Of a stretch of DNA of 61,187 nucleotides, positions 1-9,928 are shown piece after piece. Below the pieces are notes generated by a model, which saw nothing but the letters and a program-made list of their open reading frames with translations, searched no databases and was not told the origin of the DNA. This stretch comes from Catajapyx aquilonaris (taxonomy: Eukaryota), in the NCBI GenBank assembly GCA_000934665.2, contig KZ538079.1, positions 124,001 through 185,187 of the forward strand, written 5' to 3'. The position numbers and the translations under genes are program-made. The number at the start of each line of letters is the position of its first letter. Position 1 is the stretch's first letter.

Positions 1-1041
1 ATCATTATGCGACACTTACCGTCACTTTGGCTCCTCACGCGTTGGCTACAAATAACATGATTGTAGATCAGTCGACATTCGACGTCCAGACGGGGTCAGA
101 CGGGGCAATTTTGGACAACTAGAAGCGACTAGAAGAGAGCTTGAGCTTGTGGCGAGACGTCCCGGTCTCCCGGAGAAGTGGAAAAAAAAGAGTGGGGACT
201 GGGGGTGTGGGGCCCACGCGCCCACCGGCCACAGCCAGAACCAGAACCCTCAACCCAGAAGGGTCTCTTGGTAGGGTGAAAAGTGATAAGGCCTTCTTTG
301 TCTGCGCCTGTTGGAGGGGTCCTGTGCCGGGGGGTCCGGGGTCCTTCGGGATGCCAGATGGCCAGGTTGCCACATGTCCAAACCCGTCATGAATGCCAGG
401 TATTCTTTGAGTTTCACCATGGGTCATTGCCAGTTTGCCACGTTATACGAAAATGTAATGCAGGACAACGCATGTTCAACAAATATTCACTCCTTGACAC
501 GTACATAGACATCCTGCTTTATCATATAACCACATGTCCACATGGCGCATAGTTGATTTCCAGCATGTGCCTCGTTTCCATATCTGGCAGATTGAGAATC
601 TTAAATATTATTGGTGTATTATTGTATGAATGTCACAGTGGTACCATTGTGCTTGAGCGACTGAGCGTCATAACCTCCCAACTGCATGTTTCATACATCG
701 TGACTCTCCTTTTAAAATTCAAATGCGTCTTAGCCAACGGATAGAGAAAGTAGACAGCTCAACCCAAAGCCAACCCAATGAGAAGCCAAAAATGCTATAG
801 TTTTGTCATCCCATACAAGACAGATTGCTGGCACCCCTCATATAATTTCCAAAATGCCCATTCCTGACGAGTCCATTGTGTCAGATAATGTATCTTCACA
901 TTTCCTGCCGCATAGGCCAATATATTATTAAGTCTCAAATGGCTGCTCGGGCAAGACTCCGGGGCATGATGGGGGTACGATATATATATCCACTTTCAGT
1001 TATATCCCTTTTCAACAGTTTTGAGATAAGAAAATGAAATA

Positions 1042-2196
1042 AAGCAATTTTAATACGACGGACATGCTGAAATGGGAAGGGACAGAATGCTGACCGTGAC
1101 GCAGACCATATAATGCATATTCCAGATACATGCACCCATCTGGTGGTCTGGACTCTCACTTTTTGCACATGGCTTTGGCAGAACTTACAGAGCCTTGCTG
1201 TGTAAGAACCGAGAACTGCGAATGAAAAGGCTTGCATAGTGTCGACATCTCGACTACCCTTCCACGGTTCACATCGACTCAATCTCAAAGACTTGTTAAG
1301 AAGTTAAAATACGGTAAAATATTATCTGCAAGTTCAAGACAAGAAATTATGCGATTATTATTATCATTATTATATTCTGTTAGGCGGATCTGAAATATTC
1401 TCAGTCACATATAGGTTGGCGAGTAATGTAACTCGTACATTCCTGTATAGCGATAAGTCTCTCCCTTCCCTTGCCAGAAAATTGTCCACAAATCTTTCGG
1501 GTGACTATCATCAGTTTCATCACTAGACTAATAATAATTCATACCCCGTTATCAGGCATCGGCTCTTTAGGGGGGAAGTTTGTTTTGCCTGGAACTCTTT
1601 GCTTTCATTTTACTGTGCTCTTTGAGATAGGATAGGGACGGAAGGAAGAGGCTGTGGCCTATTAATTACGGAAGCAACTCCGGAATTTTCCTGGAAGGAC
1701 CGTGGGAAACCACAGAAAACCACGGTCAATGTTGCCAGCCCCGGGATTTGATCCCAGGACCTCTTGATTAGCGGCAGTCGGACACCATATCCCCTCCTCC
1801 AAACTGCTTCGGTTCATCACTAGACTATAGCCTACTGCTAGGTGGGGGAAAATACAAATTCTGATTTGAGTTGCGCTAGTTAAAAAATCATATAGGCTAC
1901 AGCATCGCTCCTACCGGAAGAGAGGGTACTACCATCCGCATCTTTTTCCTCGGGGTTGCACCACATATATTAATATCGCGGCAAATCCAGACGGACACCC
2001 GCTCGGGCCAGTCTTAATAAGGACGCGTTTAACATTTCAAAGTGCCTTAATTATCCTAACGTCCCCTGAGGGCCAATATAACGGTGGCCGAGTGTCCCTC
2101 GCAACGCAAAGAAGGTCCGGCATCAAATTTGCAAGGGTCAATTATAACTTTAAGCAATTTTAATACGTCGGACACGCTGAAATGGCGAGGGACAGA
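1042..2196 (+). repeat. 45-bp dispersed direct repeat pair (1042-1086 and 2152-2196)
   Basis: AAGCAATTTTAATACGACGGACATGCTGAAATGGGAAGGGACAGA vs AAGCAATTTTAATACGTCGGACACGCTGAAATGGCGAGGGACAGA. Confidence 0.8.
1531..1812 (-). mobile_element. tRNA-derived SINE with 15-bp target-site duplication
   Basis: Direct repeat TTCATCACTAGACTA at 1516-1530 and 1813-1827. The minus strand has a tRNA-like head with degenerate B box (GGTCCTGGGATCAAATCCC), a central GTGGTTTTCTGTGGTTTCCC...CCAGGAAAATTCCGG...TAGGCCACAGCC..TTCCTTCC block of the kind seen in arthropod SINEs, and a short (ATT)n tail. Confidence 0.8.
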
Positions 2197-4667
2197 GAGG
2201 CCGTTAAGCGGCCTCTGGATGCAAAATAGGCCCCGGATCTCTATACCCCTAGACCACCCTCATTTCAGACACCAATTTTGGGGGTAGGTTGGTCTTGGTG
2301 TAGAAAACTGCAAATGAGGTCCTTCTGGAGGTTGGCGACCTTTTTCGGGCCACCTAAAAGTTTGCTCGACGACAAACGCCGCGGGGCCAATGAAAATGCC
2401 TTGGGTCCTTTGTCAGCCTGGGTCTCCTGGCAGGAACCGTTCCTGGAGTTCGATGGTCGTCGTCAAGGAATTTTATGTGGGACGAAAAGGGGTCTGGGGA
2501 ACCTTACCCACAAGAATGGAATGGTTCCCCCGCAAACCTAGTTATGTCAGGAGGGGTTTTTTTTTTTTTCTTTGGCTCCTGAAGATCACGTTCTTTGATG
2601 GTGTTAAAAGCGTGGGAAGTCCTAAAGACAAATCAATGATTGAAATTGCCTTACAAAATCATTGAAAGTGAGTAATTCATCGTATGCATGCATAAGCCAT
2701 GGTTATCAAACGTTCGGAAAATCGACGTAGCCTATATGGCGAAAAAAAACCTACTAAAACCGGGAGTAAAGGGATGGAAAATTATTCTGCCTGCTAGCAC
2801 CGCAATAAGCAAATAGAGCTAAAATCAAGCCCATTTACAGTCAACGAGTTAAAAAGCAGCGATTGCAAATTTTCCGTCACAAAATTTTTACAGCTCCGTA
2901 ATAAAACCGACGAGTAACGAGGATATTGCCTGTACATGATGACCTCATTATAATATCTACGCTCTATATATGGATAGTTTGCCACCAAATAGTTGCACAA
3001 AGGGATGCAGCCAGTTCGAAGGGTTTTTTTATTATAGTTGTTGTTTCTAAGTGGTTGCTGTAATTATCATCATCATACAGAATTGGCTTGTGTCTGTGCC
3101 TCTATTTGTCCGGGGTTAGTCATCAGCTAGGTGTATGACCACTACCCCTCGTACGACGCTGAGAGTGGCAGTAGTGCGCAGAGGAGGAGGATGAGTCATC
3201 AATGTGAGGGATGTGGTGCTACGTATAGACAGTGGAATGTTTTGCCAAGTTTTGGCAAGGGGCTCGTACTTATACAAGGTAGCATATGGCGCCAGAAAGT
3301 TGACCAAATGCAATCAACAGCTTCCAGCCGACATTTTCTTTGAACAGCTAGTCCTGGAAATAATATTTTCCCATGAAAAATGACGCCTGGAGCCATTGCC
3401 GCAGCTCAAATTGCGTCAAACTCGAAAATGATGTCCTCCTAACTCGCCACAACCTTTCCCAACACGTCCATCAGTCACACTCGACTTAGACGTAAAGCCA
3501 ATGAAAAGGAAGGTCTTTTCCACCCAAATCAACCCGAAAGCATATTTGACTGGGCCATTAATCCCCTCCCTCCCCGCTACTCCCTCCTCCTCTCCCCAGC
3601 TCGCAAATCCACCGTCCTGTTTGTTACAGCCATGAGGCGTAATGGGATTAATGTTCGAATTCCATTAGCAATGTCAGCAATAATTCTAATCGAATTCAGT
3701 AATTTAGCGCTGGAGAGAGGAGGTCACGTTTGCAAAATCCTCTTTTAGCACAATAAACCCATGGAAAACAAGGGCCGGTATGGACCGTCCAGACTTTGTT
3801 GTTTCCCAAACGATTTTCCAGAGAAAGTTAAGTTATCTCGAGGACGCGTCCTTGTCTTAGTTTTCCTAATGATGAGCGCATATCAACAGTCTTGAACTTT
3901 CGCTCCCGAAGTAGGATACAAGTAGCAGCATTTCACCTATAAACTATTTTTATTTAAAACACTGTTGCCATGCACTATACATCAGTCTCTGGTCAAAAAA
4001 CGTGGACCTGGCTCCACCCCCGGCTTTGTGCCCTAAACTGTCATGGCGGACAGCTCGTAGTAACAAAAATACAAATTTAAAAACACAACAGAAGCACACA
4101 CCCCATATTTCCCAATATTTCCACTAGGGAGTGTCACGTCAATTTACATCAAAGACATTTCAGTTCTATTGATTGTACCGCGTGTGTCAGAACTGAGCTC
4201 ACACCGATATGGATGGGACCTAAATTATGAAACACACGATTGCTTCACTTGGTACCGTCACAAGGGAAATATTACTCAGGTGCTTGAGCTTCTCATTATG
4301 TAAATTTATACTGAGGTATGATAATTATACTTCTGTATGTAAATGCTTTTTAAAGTAGGCATAACAACATTATTTCAAAAATTTCACTGTTGACAACTGC
4401 TGGCAACCCCATTTCCGCCATTTCCCCCATTATTTCCCATTGGTGGATAACTGAAAAGTGGGAGGTTACAGAAGTGCAATCTAGGGGAGCCTTTGGCTAT
4501 ACCGTCATCATCAGTCCATCAAGTAATTTTAATCTTGGATGAGTATTGCTAAAATGTACTTTCTGTCGTCCTAATGAAAAATCCCTATCTACAAACCTGT
4601 AGATATGACTCATTTAGTTTGTATACAGGGTTTCATTTCCTTAGGACGGCAGATTTGTCCTAAACTT

Positions 4668-4673
4668 TTTATT
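4668..4673 (-). promoter_or_regulatory. Candidate polyadenylation signal AATAAA of the Ly6 gene
   Basis: TTTATT on the + strand about 108 nt past the stop codon. Confidence 0.45.
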
Positions 4674-4780
4674 AAAAAATATAGTTATATTCAGAAAAAT
4701 GACATATGGGTGAAGCCAAGTCTCACGTTCACACTCCCGTATTTACACACACAACCTATTTTTTTAAAAAACTACAATAT

Positions 4781-5953
4781 TCAAGGAATGCCCCCATCCT
4801 TGTCCATCCAGAGCCAGAGGAGCCATCCGGCGGCGAAGAGCAGCACCATTGAGGATGCGCCAATCACATCGACGCCATTGCAGCCTTCCTCTGGACAGTA
4901 ACAAGTCCACACGTAAATGTCCCCACCCAAACTGGTGCTGAAGACGCAGCCTTGCTTGTAAGGCAACTCAGGCCTGCTCTTGGCGCAGGACCTGATGATC
5001 CTATCGTCGTTCTTCCAAGACTTGTACTCCCTGAACTTGTACACACTCGGTGGGTCGCTCCCTATGGCGTTCGGGTTGCTCGAGTTGGTCGGCAACCGCT
5101 CGTAGATCGGCTCGTGGAAGTGCAGGACTGAAAAATTGTGGTATGACCCTCGTATAAGTAAACAAGCCTCTTGGAATATACCGTCTATTATTACAGTTGA
5201 ATCCGGATATAACAGACTTCAAGGGACCAAGGCAATCAGTTTGTTACCGGTACAGCAGAAGATGTTATATCCGGATTCAACAGTATTATTTTAGGGAAGA
5301 TTTATTATATGCAGAGGCATTTTCTGACTGATGCCATTTTCATTCAGCACACACACTGAAATATACCTTTATGGAAACATGTTTAGGCGGTCGCAGTTGG
5401 AAACCACTGCTAGGCGGTAGCCTACTTTACGACTACAATCTGGTCACTGCCAGCTTGACCTTTTACTGATAACATATTTGCATGACTTGTCCAATCTTTT
5501 TAACGGGTAGCACAGATCATGTCGATATTTTATGTATGTCATTTTAAAGACCTATATTTATTGCTAGAGATACTTCGCGATGGATTTTCTTTTTTTGTTT
5601 TGTTAAAGGTTGGCGAAGCCAGGCATTTTGCTATTTTCGTGTAACCAGGCCAGGTCTCACCAGTTCATTCCGGATCAACCTCCAAAGCACAACCGTACCT
5701 GTAATCTTCATCTTGAGACACCCAGTCGCATCCTCGTCACATGTTGTCTTAAAAGAGTCAAACGGTCCATCCAAGCACTTTTCCTGTCCGGGGTCTTTGG
5801 ACTTGCAGTCATAGCACTCGAGCGATGTCACTGAAATGACATCCGGTTATCAAAAGCATGTGACCCCCCAGGGGGTCAAACAGAAAACGGTCACTCACCA
5901 CCGTGCACCAGCAGAGCAACAAACCACAGCAAACCACACGTATTCGGCCCCAT
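4781..5953 (-). CDS. Ly6/uPAR three-finger protein, quiver/sleepless-like; join of 5953-5899, 5830-5699, 5127-4781; 177 aa
   Basis: Exon 1 encodes a signal peptide (MGPNTCGLLWFVALLVHG; donor G|GTGAGT). Exon 2 encodes LECYDC...C...C...GCLK. Exon 3 encodes ...IRSC...GC...TCYCPEEGCNG plus a hydrophobic tail. Ten Cys in the mature domain, a terminal CxCxxxxCN motif and two phase-1 introns; total 534 nt in frame. Confidence 0.88.
5192..5285. mobile_element. Small Tc1/pogo-type MITE in intron 2 of the Ly6 gene
   Basis: Inverted termini TACAGTTGAATCCGGATATAACA / TGTTATATCCGGATTCAACAGTA (22/23 match) with flanking TA. Confidence 0.7.
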
Positions 5954-7751
5954 CTTCAAAATAGGGTATAACCAGCTCCGTACCGGTTACCACACACACA
6001 CAAAAAGTGTATTACAGACACAGCTCAGGTATTGCCCTTCACCCGAAAAGCAGGTCTGTCCTTGCCGGACTTTCTCCACCGTCTGCTGCTGGCTTTGCTT
6101 GTAATCCGAGTGACCAAGATTGTGCGTCCGTCGTACTTTGATCCTACTTGTTGCACACGCAACCAGATGTTTGGAAGGAAGCTGCGACCTTGCCAGCTCC
6201 GCAACTCTTTACGGAGAAACCGTGGGATTTGTCATGCCCAGGGGTCGCAACACTGTGGGTTGGCCAATCCGTAATATTTTGTGTGTACATACAGTAGTAA
6301 ATGTGCGTCACTTGTGGCTAGATCAAATGGATCCAGTTTTACTGGCGAATTCAAGGTTCTTGTATAGTTCCCGATGTGAACCGGAAGTTTGGAGCCAACA
6401 CGATACCTGGTCAAAAAAAGGTGCTTTTCACGTTTTTTAAAAGGCTTCCCCTTGAAAGTGTTACGCAATCTGGCCACGCTTCAGTGGCGTGTGTAACTGT
6501 AACCTGGTATTATGTGTGTTGTAAACAGTGTACAGGGTGTCCCATACACTTCTCATAAGTCAATATTAGACAGTATGAGTACTTGACTGATTGTGAATCT
6601 CACCTTTGATACTCCGTCTGAAAACACAGCAGGAGGTAGTAAAATTTTTGTCGCTATGTACGCTACTTATATCAGAAAAATTGTTTAGAATAAAATAATA
6701 AATAATAAATAATGGTCAGTGTGGATGGATCATAATAAATTAAGTCACAAATATGTTTGAAACGTATAAAGATAATGAGCAATGCTGACTAATGCTGAGC
6801 GTACTGATTGCATCGCCAAATTGAGTATTCCGGTTACGTCTGGAAATGTACAGATAATGTACACACGATTGTAATCGGACCTTTTGTAGTCCGGTCGTAT
6901 CTGGAAATGAAAGAGAAATCAAACGAGGATATAACATTGGAAGTAGGCCTACTAGACTGTATATATATTTTTTTCGGACTAGGGCCCATTGTTGTTGAAC
7001 ATCTACATCCGACAAAAAGTTTATTTTGTAACTACATATTTTTTTTTCTAGATTCTTCTCACTTTTCGTCTTGTAAAAGGTCAGATATTCTACCTGTATA
7101 ATAATATAACAGATCACAAAACAGAAAAAAAAATCGTTTGGCACTTGTTGACAATGTGTTTTAGTTGGATTATTGCACTTGATGAAAAATCGACAACGAT
7201 TGCACACACCGACGTGGAAAACAACAACAGGATTATAAAGACATGGCCACTTTTTTCACCACAACTTTTTAAAGGTCTTTATGTACACAAAAAAGACTAG
7301 AAAATATGCACAGTTTGATAATTGGATCCCTCATCAGCTGAAAACTTTGCTACTTTTTGTAGTAGCGCACGGATATGTTTTCTACAAATATTTTTTTTTG
7401 TTGGAAAAAATGAAAGTTATCTATACTGACCAAATAGGTTATTTTTTGCCAGACATTGTGTAGCACGGGGGGGTATATTTTTTGATTACCATGCAGGTAC
7501 AGAAAAATTGGCAGATAGTGTGTGAACAAATCAAGTGACCTCTAAGTGCAATAGGCTTGGAAATATCGGCGGCCAGTTTACAAAATAGATCTCTATTTAC
7601 ATTACATATCATAGATGTCATATATAATTTTTATGTACAAACTGGTTAAAGCGATCATCAGATAGATTTTTTTCTCTCATTTGAAACGAACCAGGCTATA
7701 CGCCTGCTACCAAATGAAGGGCATAAGACAAAGTGTTCCCCCAACAACATT

Positions 7752-7829
7752 ACATGGGCAAATAGGTCAGTAATTGAGGCAGGTGTTGGATCCAACACCT
7801 GCCTCAATTACTGACGTGTTTGCCCATGT
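7752..7829. repeat. 78-bp spacerless palindrome (50-bp perfect core 7766-7815)
   Basis: ACATGGGCAAATAGGTCAGTAATTGAGGCAGGTGTTGGA|TCCAACACCTGCCTCAATTACTGACGTGTTTGCCCATGT; 2 mismatched pairs. Confidence 0.92.
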
Positions 7830-8699
7830 CCTCTGCGTCGCGTCAAGTCTCATGTTGACACAGCCAGATTAGAACCACAAGGCCAAAATTTTAAACCTAT
7901 TTAAGCACTTCTAAACCCAGCCTATATTCCATTCGAGCCAATCTTGCACGGCGAGTGGGGCATCATTCTTCAACAATGCGGCCTGCAAATCGACAGTAAC
8001 CTAAAATTTGACAGTATCAACAGCAAGTGAATAACCAATGTTTTGTACCAGTATAGAGGACATACATGTTGTTTGAATAAATTTTTTGGCCAGAAGCCAG
8101 TGACGTTAATGCTATGATTTAGGTCGGGGCTCGTGACGTGTGTGTGTGACTCTCTTGCGTCATAGTGTCTGTCGTACTGTCCGCCCTCTGTGCAAATCCC
8201 ATTAAGGAAACAGCGTAACTCCGGCGGTCTGACCGTAATTAAATAATTACTCCGGTTATACAACCTGTGAACTTTGGCCAAAATTTCGGTGATGGCCAGA
8301 TTTGGGGAGGACCTTCCCGCAAAATGAGCACTTGTACAAGAAATTAATAGCAAGGGGCCGTCCTCGTTGGTTAAGACCATCTCACGAATCTTGCATAAAA
8401 GACACTCAGGTAACAATCTCATAAGCTCAGGTAATTGGGTCATACCCACGGCCAGCACCAGCGCTCTACTCACCCTTTCCATACACAAGTACCACTAACT
8501 GTAAGCTTCTAAATGGATTCTCATGAGTCATACTTATTCTTCAGAGATCATTTGATCATTACCAAAGGCTGTTACTCACGCTGAGCAGTGAAACATTCAT
8601 TACACTTGGAGATGAAGATTACAAAGCACTGATAATTCAAAAATTGCCACAGTTCAATTGAAAATTTCAAATCAAAATCCGGCTGTCAAAATCAGTACA

Positions 8700-9200
8700 A
8701 ATACTTCCAACAATTTTTAGTTTGTGATTAACTTATTGTTAATAAATTTATATTTTAATTTCACGTCTAATATTTTAGGAGGTTTAATTTATAGTTTACT
8801 TTAACTTTCAATTTCATATACAATAATTTATTTTTAAATTATTTTTAATTTTTAATTACTTAAATTACTAATTATTGTACAGTGAAATTATTAATTATTT
8901 TACAGTGTAATGTTTAATTAAATTTATAATTAACTAAATCCAATATTATTTTAATTGCATTTCTAACATAATTTGTCAATATTAATGTACAATAATGATT
9001 TTGTTTTTATTATATTTTAGTGAATTTTAATTTATAATTTTAAATCGATTGATTTTAATTTCTATGCGATTAATTTTTAATTTTATTTCTTTATGAATTT
9101 TAATTTCCCTCCATATTACTCTATATTTCGTTAATTTTAATTTCTGTTAGTTTTAATTTTGATCAATCTTCAAACTTTAAAAAAAATATATAATTTTGAG
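8700..9200. repeat. Extremely AT-rich low-complexity tract
   Basis: Runs of TTTTAAT/TAATT. Confidence 0.8.
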
Positions 9201-9394
9201 TGGTTTTTCCTTGGGTTTTTCAACTCTAATTCAACGTCACTGGCTTCCGACCTCGCAAACTCACGCACATTTTATATACAGTACTTGTAACAATCAAACC
9301 AGGCCACCAACACTTGACTATACGACGCCACCAAGCCGGCGACAATGAGCATGACGCGACAACCACGGAAAAGAAGTCCAGCAGCACTTTTAGT

Positions 9395-9718
9395 AAAAAT
9401 CTGGGTTCACACTGGCGTCGTTGGGTTCGCTGCAGTTGGAGCGGGCCGGGATGTCGTTGTCGTTGCCCGGCCTGCTCTAATAATAAGTTGGCCGATCCGA
9501 ACCACAACGATCCTATACACCAATCAGAACCGTCAGCGTAACGACATGATCGACCTGATCGACGCAACAACGACGTCCATGCGAACCCAGAACGATGGGA
9601 TACACTGATGTTGTTTTGACGGCTGGGTTCACTCGAACGTCGTTATACCATCCATAGCTGATTGGTCAATCCCTCAATGACCAAACGACCAACGACGTCC
9701 GTGTGAACCCAACTTTTA
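9395..9718. mobile_element. MITE-like inverted-repeat element(s) with GGGTTCACAC termini immediately 3' of the HisCl stop
   Basis: Arms at 9401-9424 (CTGGGTTCACACTGGCGTCGTTGG), 9568-9590 (inverted), 9623-9644 and 9689-9711 (inverted, CCAACGACGTCCGTGTGAACCCA). Confidence 0.65.
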
Positions 9719-9751
9719 AAGCAGTGTCCCATCGTACAAGTCCCCCAGCAA

Positions 9752-9928
9752 TCAGTGCCATTCTACGAAGAATAACCAGTAGATGCAGTTGAGTACGGTG
9801 AAGCTGAGCGGGAAGAAGATTCTGGATACCCGGTCGATGAAGAGCGCCCTGTCTTTCTTCCTCTGCTGTTGGGGCGGGGGCGAGGGCGGTTGGAGCGGGA
9901 TCTGTTGCTGATGTGAAGAATGAAGACT
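9752..9928 (-). CDS. HisCl: HisCl terminal exon (end of intracellular loop, M4, stop); acceptor uncertain
   Basis: SLHSSHQQQIPLQPPSPPPQQQRKKDRALFIDRVSRIFFPLSFTVLNCIYWLFFVEWH*; pyrimidine-rich phase-0 acceptor CCTCATTGCTGCCCCTCCAG; the frame stays open upstream past 10099. Confidence 0.85.
   Translation of the reverse strand, partial: SLHSSHQQQIPLQPPSPPPQQQRKKDRALFIDRVSRIFFPLSFTVLNCIYWLFFVEWH

Noticed and set aside
5655..5698. Alternative GTGAGA donor extending Ly6 exon 2
   Set aside because: Phase 0, incompatible with the phase-1 acceptor at 5127.
7970..8488. 172-aa minus-strand ORF
   Set aside because: TTG start, no recognisable domain and no supporting splice structure.
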